Positions 19,739 through 29,694 of a stretch of 64,000 nt of DNA are shown piece by piece. Made by a program: the position numbers and the translations under genes. Position 1 is the first letter of the stretch; the number at the start of each line of letters is the position of its first letter. The notes beneath the pieces are model-generated. The model saw nothing but the letters and a program-made list of their open reading frames with translations. It was not told where the DNA came from and searched no databases. The DNA comes from Nitrosopumilus sp. Its GTDB lineage: Archaea; Thermoproteota; Nitrososphaeria; Nitrososphaerales; Nitrosopumilaceae. The stretch spans positions 160,001 through 224,000 of the forward strand of contig OZ242041.1 of assembly GCA_965205215.1 (NCBI GenBank), in the 5' to 3' direction.

Positions 19739-20719
19739 TCAGCCCGCCGCGCAGGCGGCCCGAACGCCGTTGCTCATCACGTCGGCCAGCTGGTCTATGC
19801 CTTCTGAGTGGGTTATCCTGGAGCGCATCGTGGCGCCGTTGCGCAGCCCCTTTGTGAACCTCATTGCCTGCCCCTTTATGTTGGCAAAGCGGATCCGGTA
19901 CTTTGCGGCGATGCGGAGATACTCAAAGAACGCGTCCAGTCGATCCTCAAGCGTGTACGCAGAGTACGAGCCCGTGTCCAGGTAGTCGTTTATCTGCTCA
20001 AAAAGAAACGGGTTTCCCATCGCCCCGCGCCCGACCATGACATAGTCGCATCCGGTCCGGTCAATCATGGCCTTTGCATCCTCCGGTGTTGCGATGTCGC
20101 CGTTGCCCACTACGGGGACGTCCGACCTCTCCTTGAGCATCCTGATCATGTCCCAGTCGGCCCTGCCCGAATACCCCTGGCTGACCGTACGCGGGTGCAG
20201 CGTTATCATCTCGACCCCCTCGTCCTCGGCGATCCTTGCCACCTCCAGGAACAGAAACCGGTCCGACTCCGTCACGCCGGCCCTGACCTTTAGCGTGACG
20301 GGGGTCCTGCCCCCCGCCGCGCCGATGAGCGTCTGGAATATCTGGCGCGTCAGGTCCGCCTCCTGGAGGAGGGCCCCGCCGGCCATCTGGCTTGTTATGT
20401 GCGGCGCCGGGCACCCCATGTTGTAGTCGATGATGTCAAAGTGCGGCTCCACGATCCTGGCGGCCTTTGCAAGCGCCTCGAGGTCGGAGCCGAACAGCTG
20501 GACGGAGAGCGGGTGCTCCTCGTCTGAATACTCCAGAAACTCCCGTATCGTCCGGCCTTCCCCTGCAAGCTGCTCCTGCTTTGCCACAACGCTGTGTATG
20601 CTGGTAAACTCCGTCACCACGAGGGCGGCCCCCATCCTTCGGCACTGCAGCCGGAGGGCCGGATCACTTACGCCGGCCATCGGGGCGAGAAACGCCCTGC
20701 CGGAGAAGCGCGGAAGCAT
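19739..20719 (-). CDS. dus: tRNA-dihydrouridine synthase
   Basis: LAPMAGVSD, QLFGS, NMGCP, HPRT, GNGDI, MVGRGAMGNP. Confidence 0.96.
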   Translation of the reverse strand: MLPRFSGRAFLAPMAGVSDPALRLQCRRMGAALVVTEFTSIHSVVAKQEQLAGEGRTIREFLEYSDEEHPLSVQLFGSDLEALAKAARIVEPHFDIIDYNMGCPAPHITSQMAGGALLQEADLTRQIFQTLIGAAGGRTPVTLKVRAGVTESDRFLFLEVARIAEDEGVEMITLHPRTVSQGYSGRADWDMIRMLKERSDVPVVGNGDIATPEDAKAMIDRTGCDYVMVGRGAMGNPFLFEQINDYLDTGSYSAYTLEDRLDAFFEYLRIAAKYRIRFANIKGQAMRFTKGLRNGATMRSRITHSEGIDQLADVMSNGVRAACAAG

Positions 20720-20776
20720 GAAAAAACGGATATCAAAAAGGTATATCTAGATTATTTCAGGGCCTGTCGCTCTCGC

Positions 20777-23668
20777 TCAGCCGGTAGCCGCCGCGTCAGG
20801 GCAGCCGTCCGTATCCTCAAAGCCGTCATAGTCCTCCGGCGCGGTCGGGCACTGGTCCTCTCCGTCCGGTATACCGTCAAGATCACTGTCGTGCCCGAAC
20901 CTCTGCTGCTCTGGGGCCGTGTCGGGGCAGCCGTCATGGTCGTTGTACTTGTTCCACACCTCGGGGCTTGTCGGACACAGGTCCACGTCATCCAGGTATC
21001 CGTCGCCGTCGCTGTCGGGCCTGTCGAGGATCGGGCTCAGAACCGGCCTCACGTCGGGGCAGCCGTCCCAGTCAAGGTAGTCGTTGAGGTTCTCCGGCTC
21101 GTCGGGGCAGTTGTCCCTGGCGTCGTGTATGAGGTCGCCGTCGGCGTCAGGCAGTGCCATTTCAGTGGGGGTCTGGACGGCGGCCGTGTCGGGGCAGCCG
21201 TCGGTATCGTCAATGAGGTTGTACACCTCGGGCTCGATCGGGCACGCGTCGGCGCTGTCAGGGATGCCGTCGTAGTCGGCGTCGTGTGCAGACAGCAGCT
21301 GGTCGGGGCAGCCGTCCCTGTCAAGCACGCCGTTTACAGTCTCCGGCTGGTTGGGGCACGAGTCGATCACGTCATAGAGTCCGTCGCCGTCGCTGTCCAC
21401 AATGGTTCTAGAGTCAGGTATCCCGTCGGGGCAGCCGTCGTCGTCCTGGTAGCGGTTGTACGTCTCCCTTGCGTTCGGACACTGGTCTATGTCGTCAGGC
21501 ACCAAGTCGTAGTCGGCGTCGCCGACCGGAGAGGCATACTGTATGATGTCCGGGCAGCCGTCCGTATCCTCAAAGCCGTTGTACCGCTCCGGCAGGAACG
21601 GGCATGCGTCACTCCTGTTTGGTATAAGGTCAAAGTCGCTGTCCACCACTCCCGTGCCGGACACGCCGGGCACCTCGGGGCAGCCGTCTGAGTCAAGCAC
21701 GCCGTTGTAGTTCTCGGGTTCTGACGGGCACTGGTCCCACCTGTCGTCTATGCCGTCTGAATCCGCGTCGGCGAGTATGAATGACGTGGTTATGACTCCG
21801 GGCGAGACTACGGTGCCGAGCGCGTCGGGGCAGCCGTCGTCGTCCTGAAAGTGGTTGTAGGTCTCAGGCTCCGTCGCGCACGCGTCGGCAGAGTCGGGTA
21901 TCCCGTCCATGTCAGCGTCCGCGTCGGCGCTCGCGCCAAGCGAGTCGGGGCAGCCGTCCGTGTCAAGATATCCATTTACGGTCTCCGGCTGGTTGGGGCA
22001 CAGGTCGATCGCGTCGATTATCGTGTCGCCGTCCGAGTCGTACGCCGGCCTCGCGTCATATATCGCGTCGGGGCAGCCGTCGTCGTCCTGGTAGCGGTTG
22101 TACGTCTCCCTTGCGTTCGGACACTGGTCTATGTCGTCAGGCACCAAGTCGTAGTCGGCGTCGCCGGTCGCAGCATGCTGAATGGTGTCCGGGCAGCCGT
22201 CCGTATCCTCAAAGCCGTTGTACCGCTCTGCCAGGAGCGGGCACCTGTCGATCGCGTCTGGTATCAGGTCAAAGTCGCTGTCCACCACTCCCGTGCCGGA
22301 CACGCCGGGCACCTCGGGGCAGCCGTCTGAGTCAAGCACGCCGTTGTAGTTCTCGGGTTCTGACGGGCACTGGTCCCACCTGTCGTCTATGCCGTCTGAA
22401 TCCGCGTCGGCGAGTATGAACGCCGAGGCTGCGGCGGCGCCTGGCGAGACTACGGTGCCGAGCGCGTCGGGGCAGCCGTCGTCGTCCTGAAAGTGGTTGT
22501 AGGTCTCAGGCTCCGTCGCGCACGCGTCGGCAGAGTCGGGTATCCCGTCTGAATCCGCGTCGGCGCTCGCGCCAAGCGAGTCGGGGCAGCCGTCCGTGTC
22601 AAGATAGCCGTTCATGGTCTCCGGCTGGTTGGGGCACAGGTCAATCGCGTCGATTATCGTGTCGCCGTCCGAGTCGTACGCCGGCCTCGCGTCATACAGC
22701 GAGTCGGGGCAGCCGTCGTCGTCCTGGAACATGTTGTATACCTCGCGCGCAAACGGGCACTTGTCCGCGGCGTCCCTCACCCCGTCATAGTCGGCGTCGC
22801 CGGATATCGAAATCTGCGGAGAGTCGGGGCAGCCGTCGTCGTCCTGGAACTTGTTGTAGTTTTCGCGCTCAGTCGGGCACTGGTCCTCCCCGTCCGGTAT
22901 GGAGTCATAGTCAGAATCAATGACCGGGTTTGATTCTGAGCCCGGCCTGTCCACGCACCCGTCCCAGTCAAGCACGCCGTTGTAGTTCTCGGGTTCTGAC
23001 GGGCACTGGTCCCACCTGTCGTCTATGCCGTCGCCGTCGACGTCGGGGAACTGGTACGGGTTGGGCTGTCCGTCGGGCACGGCATCGGGGCAGCCGTCCT
23101 CGTCGGCGACAAAGTTGTACACCTCCGGCTGCAGCGGGCAGAGGTCAAGCGAGTCTGATATCCCGTCCTGATCGCGGTCGGTAACCTCTCGCAGGTCGTC
23201 CGGGCACCCGTCGCGGTCGTCGACCCCGTTGAAGGTCTCCGGCTGATGCGGACACAGGTCCATAAAGTCAGGATACCCGTCAGAGTCCGCGTCCGCAATG
23301 GAGAACGGGCCCTGTCCCGGCAGCTGGTCGGGGCAGCCGTCCTGGTCAGATATGTTGTTGTAGGTCTCCTTCAGGGTGGGGCAACCGTCCAGATGGTCCT
23401 GTATCCCGTCCTCGTCGGTGTCGTACCACGGCACAAAGTCCGCCGGACAGCCGTCTATGTTCTGGCCGTACTGGGGATCGTAGTCCTCAGGCAGGTGGGG
23501 GCAGTGGTCCAACGCGTCCGGGACGCCGTCCCTGTCCGTGTCCACGTCCTGGTTTGCGTGCGCGGTGTCGACGCCGGAAGGGAGCATCCCAATGCTCAGG
23601 ATTAAAATGATCATTGTTATAGGAATGCCTAGGGAATGCATATCTCCAACAACATCTCTCGTTATCAC
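20777..23668 (-). CDS. Secreted thrombospondin type-3-like repeat protein A (22 repeats)
   Basis: Signal peptide (AHA|), repeats DxDxDGxxDxxDxCPxxxExYNxxxDxDGCPD. Confidence 0.92.
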   Translation of the reverse strand: MITRDVVGDMHSLGIPITMIILILSIGMLPSGVDTAHANQDVDTDRDGVPDALDHCPHLPEDYDPQYGQNIDGCPADFVPWYDTDEDGIQDHLDGCPTLKETYNNISDQDGCPDQLPGQGPFSIADADSDGYPDFMDLCPHQPETFNGVDDRDGCPDDLREVTDRDQDGISDSLDLCPLQPEVYNFVADEDGCPDAVPDGQPNPYQFPDVDGDGIDDRWDQCPSEPENYNGVLDWDGCVDRPGSESNPVIDSDYDSIPDGEDQCPTERENYNKFQDDDGCPDSPQISISGDADYDGVRDAADKCPFAREVYNMFQDDDGCPDSLYDARPAYDSDGDTIIDAIDLCPNQPETMNGYLDTDGCPDSLGASADADSDGIPDSADACATEPETYNHFQDDDGCPDALGTVVSPGAAAASAFILADADSDGIDDRWDQCPSEPENYNGVLDSDGCPEVPGVSGTGVVDSDFDLIPDAIDRCPLLAERYNGFEDTDGCPDTIQHAATGDADYDLVPDDIDQCPNARETYNRYQDDDGCPDAIYDARPAYDSDGDTIIDAIDLCPNQPETVNGYLDTDGCPDSLGASADADADMDGIPDSADACATEPETYNHFQDDDGCPDALGTVVSPGVITTSFILADADSDGIDDRWDQCPSEPENYNGVLDSDGCPEVPGVSGTGVVDSDFDLIPNRSDACPFLPERYNGFEDTDGCPDIIQYASPVGDADYDLVPDDIDQCPNARETYNRYQDDDGCPDGIPDSRTIVDSDGDGLYDVIDSCPNQPETVNGVLDRDGCPDQLLSAHDADYDGIPDSADACPIEPEVYNLIDDTDGCPDTAAVQTPTEMALPDADGDLIHDARDNCPDEPENLNDYLDWDGCPDVRPVLSPILDRPDSDGDGYLDDVDLCPTSPEVWNKYNDHDGCPDTAPEQQRFGHDSDLDGIPDGEDQCPTAPEDYDGFEDTDGCPDAAATG
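21425..22696. repeat. Recent tandem duplication of about 630 bp inside TSP3 gene A
   Basis: 22067-22696 and 21425-22060 are near-identical at nucleotide level. Confidence 0.9.
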
Positions 23669-23844
23669 GTGTTTATTAAGTATCGTGATGAATCATCGCG
23701 GCCTGATCGACAAAACGCGTGACGGCGCATGCCGCCGCCACGCAATCATCGCCAAGAACTACTTGCGTCGGCCCTTGGCAGTCCATTTATGAAGTTCATT
23801 TCGGCCGCTGCCGCGGCAGCCAGCATCCAGGGGCGGCAGGCAGG

Positions 23845-26256
23845 TCAGGGTGCGCCGCTGCCGTCATCCGGGCAGCCGTCTGTATCCTCAAAGCCGTCAT
23901 AGTCCTCCGGCTCGGTCGGGCACTGGTCCGCGTCGTTCAGTATGCCGTCAAGATCAATGTCGTGCCCGAATCTCTGCTGTTCCGGTACCGAGTCGGGGCA
24001 TCCGTCAAAGTCTAGGTACTTGTTCCACGTCTCAGGCGAGATCGGGCACATGTCAACCATGTCAACGTATCCGTCGCCGTCAGAGTCAATCATGAGCGGC
24101 GTGACGGACTCGGCCGCTGGAGTGTCCGGGCATCCGTCAAAGTCCAGGTAGCCGTTGTAGTTCTCAGGCTCGTCGACGCACTGGTCCCACCGGTCGTCAA
24201 TCCCGTCAGAGTCGACGTCGGGGAACGTGTACTGTGGAAGTACGGTCTGCGTGCTGTCCGGGCAGCCGTCGTCGTCATCCACCCTGTTGTACGTCTCCGG
24301 GGAGTTGGGGCACTCGTCGGCATTGTCCGGGATGCCGTCAGAGTCGGCATCAAGCACCGTCAGCAGGTCGTCAGGGCAGCCGTCGGCATCAAGAACACCG
24401 TTTACGGTCTCCGGCTGCAGCGGGCAGAGGTCAAGCGAGTCGGGCAGCCCGTCACCGTCCGTGTCAGATATGGACTTGTTGTCGGCAAGCGTGTCCGGGC
24501 AGCCGTCGTCGTCATCCACCCTGTTGTACGTCTCCGGGGAGTTGGGGCACTCGTCGGCATTGTCCGGGATGCCGTCAGAGTCGGTGTCGCCCACATAGTC
24601 GCTGGGGACTGACTCGGGGCAGCCATCCTCGTCCCGGTATCCGTTGTACCGCTCGGCCACATCGGGGCACATGTCCGACTCGTCGGGTATGCCGTCATGA
24701 TCTCCGTCCGGTATAATGATGGAGGTGGCAGCCCTCATGTCCGGGCAGCCGTCCCAGTCGAGGTAGTCGTTGTAGTTCTCAGGCTCGTCGACGCACTGGT
24801 CCCACCTGTCGTCTATACCGTCAGAGTCCGTATCGGGAAATGCAAACACGGAGGGCGCCGTGGACGTCTTGTCCGGGCAGCCGTCGGTATCCTCAAAGCC
24901 GTTGTAGGACTCCTGCTCGGACGGGCAGAGGTCGTCCACGTCAAGCAGTCCGTCACCGTCGGTGTCCGCATTCAAGAGCAGGCTGTCCGGGCAGCCGTCG
25001 AGGTCTTGGAATCCGTTCATGGTCTCAGGCTGGACGGGACAAAGGTCAATGCCGTCTGGTATGCCGTCAGAATCCGAGTCCACGATATTGGTGGCGGCCT
25101 TGTAGGCCACGATGTCAGGGCACCCGTCGTCGTCCTCGTACATGTTGTATACCTCCGCGTTGAACGGGCAGGCGTCGTCATGGTCTGAGACGCCGTCCCT
25201 GTCAATGTCGCCGTTGAATCCAAGCTCAAGGACGTCCGGGCAGCCGTCGTCGTCGGCTATGCGGTTGTAGTTCTCCCGCTCAAGGGGGCACTCATCCACG
25301 TCGTCGGGGATGCCGTCGTAGTCCTCATCCCGCTGCTCGAGGGACTCCGCACCCGGCGTGTCCGGGCAGCCGTCCCAGTCGAGGTAGTCGTTGTAGTTCT
25401 CAGGCTCGTCGACGCACTGGTCCCACCTGTCCTCTATACCGTCGGAGTCCGTGTCCGGAAACTCGTACTCGGGCAGCTCAAAGGGCGCCGTGTCGGGACA
25501 TCCGTCGCCGTCCTCGTACCTGTTGTACGTCTCCGGGGAGTCCGGGCAGTCGTCCATGCTGTCTGACAGCCCGTCACGGTCTGTGTCGAATACGATCGAC
25601 GGGTCGTCGGGGCAGCCGTCCAGATCGTTGAGCCCATTGAACGCCTCCGGCTGGTTGGGGCACAGGTCGATATAGTCGGGGAACCCGTCGCCGTCGGTGT
25701 CAATGTCCATGCTGGGCGCCGTGATGGGTGAGACGTCCGGGCATCCGTCGGCGTCGGCAAACCTGTTGTAGGTCTCCTTGACAGTCGGGCAGTTGTCTAT
25801 GTGGTCCTGTATCCCGTCCTCGTCGGTGTCGTACCACGGCACAAAGTCTGCCGGGCAGCCGTCTATGTTGTCGCCGTACTGCGGGTCATAGTCCTCCATG
25901 AGGAACGGGCACTGATCAGAAGAGTTTGGGACGCCGTCGCCGTCTATGTCAAGGGCGGTGACGGACTCGGCATGGGCCGCCGGCAGGGACAGCATGGAGG
26001 AGGATGCCGATGCAAGTCCTACCGTCAGTATGGCGGCCAGCATAAAGCCGGTCGCGATGCGCCTGCCGCGGGTAGCGGGGCCGGAGCTGCCAGAGTTACC
26101 GCGATTGCTGCCGCTGTTGTTGTTGTTGTTGTCGCTACCGCCGCCGCGAGCCTGCTGCGCCGCGCGTGTCGCGGCCTTTGCCCTTGCTGTAATTGTCGCC
26201 GACACAGTCATGCCACCACATCTCCGCTCCCTTTCTCCTGCCATTAACTTCATCAT
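23845..26256 (-). CDS. Secreted thrombospondin type-3-like repeat protein B (17 repeats; true start uncertain)
   Basis: Low-complexity leader, signal peptide (AAHA|), same repeat consensus. Confidence 0.9.
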   Translation of the reverse strand: MMKLMAGERERRCGGMTVSATITARAKAATRAAQQARGGGSDNNNNNSGSNRGNSGSSGPATRGRRIATGFMLAAILTVGLASASSSMLSLPAAHAESVTALDIDGDGVPNSSDQCPFLMEDYDPQYGDNIDGCPADFVPWYDTDEDGIQDHIDNCPTVKETYNRFADADGCPDVSPITAPSMDIDTDGDGFPDYIDLCPNQPEAFNGLNDLDGCPDDPSIVFDTDRDGLSDSMDDCPDSPETYNRYEDGDGCPDTAPFELPEYEFPDTDSDGIEDRWDQCVDEPENYNDYLDWDGCPDTPGAESLEQRDEDYDGIPDDVDECPLERENYNRIADDDGCPDVLELGFNGDIDRDGVSDHDDACPFNAEVYNMYEDDDGCPDIVAYKAATNIVDSDSDGIPDGIDLCPVQPETMNGFQDLDGCPDSLLLNADTDGDGLLDVDDLCPSEQESYNGFEDTDGCPDKTSTAPSVFAFPDTDSDGIDDRWDQCVDEPENYNDYLDWDGCPDMRAATSIIIPDGDHDGIPDESDMCPDVAERYNGYRDEDGCPESVPSDYVGDTDSDGIPDNADECPNSPETYNRVDDDDGCPDTLADNKSISDTDGDGLPDSLDLCPLQPETVNGVLDADGCPDDLLTVLDADSDGIPDNADECPNSPETYNRVDDDDGCPDSTQTVLPQYTFPDVDSDGIDDRWDQCVDEPENYNGYLDFDGCPDTPAAESVTPLMIDSDGDGYVDMVDMCPISPETWNKYLDFDGCPDSVPEQQRFGHDIDLDGILNDADQCPTEPEDYDGFEDTDGCPDDGSGAP

Positions 26257-26271
26257 CGCAATATCATGGGG

Positions 26272-28737
26272 CTACGGATCAGGGCAGCCGTCCGTGTCAA
26301 GGTTGCCGTCAAAGTCCTCCGGCTCGTCCGGGCAGACGTCCGCACTGTTTATGATTCCATCAAGGTCACTGTCATGCTTGTATCTGGACTGCTCCGGTAG
26401 CGAGTCGGGGCAGCCGTCGTCGTCCTTGTACTTGTTCCACGTCTCCGCGAGGTCCGTACACTGGTCAACGCTGTCGGCAAACCCGTCGCCGTCGGAGTCC
26501 ACCTGCGGCGTCGCGAACGGTATCGAGTCGGGGCAGCCGTCATAGTCCACGTACCGGTTCCACGTCTCAGAAAGGTTCGGGCAGACGTCCATATTGTCCG
26601 GAACCCCGTCGCCGTCCTCGTCTGGCATGGTCTCATTGGAGTCGGGGCAGCCGTCCTCATCGTCCAGCCCGTTAAAGGTCTCCGGCATCGAGGGGCACTC
26701 ATCGCTCACGTTGTTGATGCCGTCGCCGTCAGAGTCGGGTATCGCACCGTTGGTGGTGCCCGGCGTGTCGGGGCAGCCGTCGTCGTCCTCAAAGCCGTTG
26801 TAGGATTCCGGTGCAATCGGGCACATGTCCGACTCGTCGGGTATGCCGTCAGTGTCCCTGTCCATGAGCGGCTGGTAGTCGTCGGGGCAGCCGTCCATGT
26901 CAAGCACGCCGTTCATGGTCTCCGGCTGGTTGGGGCACAGGTCGCGATAATCGGATATTCCATCGCCGTCAGAGTCCGGCTGTCCCTTGTTGCTTGGGAC
27001 CGTGTCCGGGCAGCCGTCGGAGTCTACGAAGAAGTTGTAAGTCTCCGGCGCCGCCGGGCAGACATCCGCTCCGTCAGGTATGCCGTCCGAGTCGGTGTCA
27101 AGCGAGGCGTCAAAGCCCGGATAGTCGGGGCAGCCGTCGGAGTCCTCAAAGCCGTTGTACGTCTCCCTGGCAAGCTGGCACTGGTCGTCCACATCCAGTA
27201 TTCCATCAAAGTCGGTATCGGCCTCCAAGGTGCTGTCATCGGGGCATCCGTCATAGTCAAAGTAGTGGTTCCAGGTCTCCGGCTCGGTGGGGCACATGTC
27301 CATTCCGTCCCTCACCCCGTCGCTGTCCATATCAGACACAAACTCGTCGGGGCAGCCGTCCGTGTCGAGGTATCCGTTTACAATCTCGGCATCTATCGGG
27401 CACTGGTCGACAAAGTCAGATATGCCGTCCCCGTCCGCGTCGCGGATAATCGTAGTCGGGTTGGAGTCAGGGCAGCCGTCCTCATCGCTCACCCTGTTCC
27501 ACGTCTCTGGTGCAAGGGGGCACTCGTCCGCAGAGTCCGGAATGCCGTCCAGGTCACGGTCAGGCACGTAGACGCTGTCGGGGCAGCCGTCCAAGTCAAG
27601 ATAGCCGTTCATGGTCTCCGGCTGGTTGGGGCACAGGTCCTTGTAGTCGGATATGCCGTCCATGTCAGAATCCGGAACAAGCGTGATAGAGCCGACCGTG
27701 TCCGGGCAGCCGTCGTCGTCCTGGTACCGGTTGTAGGTCTCCATGGCGTTGGGGCACTGGTCCACGCTGTCTGGAATCGCGTCACGATCCGAGTCGGCAT
27801 CAGTCGTATACGGCGGGATGTCCGGGCAGCCGTCGTCGTCCTCAAAGCCGTTGTACCGCTCTGGAATAAGCGGGCACATGTCCTCGTGGTCGGGCACCCT
27901 GTCGCCGTCGGCATCGCCTGGCGCGCTGTCAAGGTTAGGGGGAGAGTCGGGGCAGCCGTCAAAGTCGGCAAACTGGTTGAACGTCTCAAGGTCAGTCGGG
28001 CATATGTCGTATCTATCTGCAATGCCGTCGCCGTCGGTGTCCGTCGTGTCAGAGTCGGGCGTGACGTCAGGGCAGCCGTCCAGATCGCGGTACCCGTTTA
28101 TGGTCTCAGGCTCCGTCATGCACTGATCAACCTTGTCCTGGACACCGTCGCCGTCGGTGTCAACAAACGACGGATCGCCCGGTGTATCAGGGCAGCCGTC
28201 CGTATCCTGATACCGGTTGTAGGTCTCCGGGGCGATCGGACACGAATCCAGGCTGTCTGCAATGCCGTCGCCGTCCCTGTCCCCGTCGCTTGGCGAGTCG
28301 GGGCAGCCGTCTAGGTCAAGATAGCCGTTGAACGTCTCCGGCTGGTTGGGGCACAGGTCGACCAGATCAGAGAAAGAGTCCGAGTCCGAGTCGGGCAGGC
28401 CGCCCGTCCCGCTTCCGGGAGCCGTATCGGGGCAGCCGTCGTCGTCCTCAAAGCCGTTGTGTTGCTCCCTTAGGGCTGGGCACTGGTCTAGATGATCCTC
28501 TATGCCGTCCTCGTCCTCGTCATACCAGGGCACAAAGCTGGACGGGCAGCCGTCCAAGTCACCCTCGTAGTCCTCCATCAGGTTGGGACACAGATCCTCG
28601 TCCTCCATTATGCCGTCCCTGTCTGGATCGGGATCTGCAAAGGTCTGGGAGGCAAACGGGACGCTGGTGAGAATAGCTACAAGTAGGAACATGAAAGGAA
28701 GCGCCATCTTTTGTTTCAAATACAAGAGACGTTTCAA
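26272..28737 (-). CDS. Secreted thrombospondin type-3-like repeat protein C (20 repeats)
   Basis: Signal peptide (TFA|), same repeat; TTTAATAAAT TATA just upstream. Confidence 0.92.
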   Translation of the reverse strand: MKRLLYLKQKMALPFMFLLVAILTSVPFASQTFADPDPDRDGIMEDEDLCPNLMEDYEGDLDGCPSSFVPWYDEDEDGIEDHLDQCPALREQHNGFEDDDGCPDTAPGSGTGGLPDSDSDSFSDLVDLCPNQPETFNGYLDLDGCPDSPSDGDRDGDGIADSLDSCPIAPETYNRYQDTDGCPDTPGDPSFVDTDGDGVQDKVDQCMTEPETINGYRDLDGCPDVTPDSDTTDTDGDGIADRYDICPTDLETFNQFADFDGCPDSPPNLDSAPGDADGDRVPDHEDMCPLIPERYNGFEDDDGCPDIPPYTTDADSDRDAIPDSVDQCPNAMETYNRYQDDDGCPDTVGSITLVPDSDMDGISDYKDLCPNQPETMNGYLDLDGCPDSVYVPDRDLDGIPDSADECPLAPETWNRVSDEDGCPDSNPTTIIRDADGDGISDFVDQCPIDAEIVNGYLDTDGCPDEFVSDMDSDGVRDGMDMCPTEPETWNHYFDYDGCPDDSTLEADTDFDGILDVDDQCQLARETYNGFEDSDGCPDYPGFDASLDTDSDGIPDGADVCPAAPETYNFFVDSDGCPDTVPSNKGQPDSDGDGISDYRDLCPNQPETMNGVLDMDGCPDDYQPLMDRDTDGIPDESDMCPIAPESYNGFEDDDGCPDTPGTTNGAIPDSDGDGINNVSDECPSMPETFNGLDDEDGCPDSNETMPDEDGDGVPDNMDVCPNLSETWNRYVDYDGCPDSIPFATPQVDSDGDGFADSVDQCTDLAETWNKYKDDDGCPDSLPEQSRYKHDSDLDGIINSADVCPDEPEDFDGNLDTDGCPDP

Positions 28738-29694
28738 TGATCTATTTATTAAACTTCTCTAAAATCTTCTCATATCAGGTCGTTTGGCCCACTGGCGTCC
28801 GGCGGGCAGAAGATCGGATTTTGCGATCGCTCCTGCCGCCACCCATACGCATGGAACGCGCGGAGGCATCCGGACGGCAGGATGCGGCATCAGATGGCAG
28901 TGCCGCATGCGATTGCTTGGGCTGATCCCCCGTTTTGTCCCCTTTTGCACCCGCCTGATCCCTGCGATGCCCTGTCAGTGGCGGCCCCGGGCTCCATGAA
29001 CACGCCTCTGCCGGGGTGAGGAGGCGTCCGAATCCCAGATATGAGGACCCGGCTCTGGCACCTGGGAGGGAAGTCGGCGCCCAAAGCCGTCGGCCGGGTC
29101 GGCGGGCCCCCTAGGGCATGCAAGCTGGAGGATGCGGGGGGGGGAGAAAGAGGCAGGCGAGCTAGCAGGAGAGGCCCAGAGCGCACGCATACGGCAAGTC
29201 TAGCAGACGCCACGAAGGGCGCGAGGAGGATTCACGCGCATGCGGTGCTTTGGAAAAATCCCGGGCCGCTTGTATTAGGAAGCAAGCCCGCTGCGTAAGT
29301 GACGAGCGCGGGCGAGCTCGCACATATGGAGAAAGCAAGACGGCGGTCAGGGGGCCCAAACGCGGGGGTACGAGCCTGCACGGCCTACTGTCGCGCCAAG
29401 TTGGACAGGGGGCGCGCGAAAAAAGCGGGCGGTCGCAAGAACACGGCAAAGGTTACAGCGCAGGCCGGAACGATACCTCTTGTTTTTAAAATACGGCGGC
29501 GCGTTTCGTGCGCGCCAAGACGATCACGAACATCCGGGGCAGGGGCGGGACGGGTGAAGTGGGCGCGGCCATAACCCAAGGCCGGGGGGAAGCACTTGCG
29601 GCAGCGGCCAGGGAGGGACGCCCGCCTGTGCCAGAATGTACGCTAGCGACGCGCGCCACGCGATAATTATAAGAAAGCGGGCATACGCCACAGC

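Noticed and set aside
20777-28737. Regularly spaced GTCGGGGCAGCCGTC repeats resembling a CRISPR array or DGR
   Set aside because: They are the DGCPD codons of three intact ORFs; spacing is about 100-140 nt and in frame; no cas or reverse transcriptase gene is in the window
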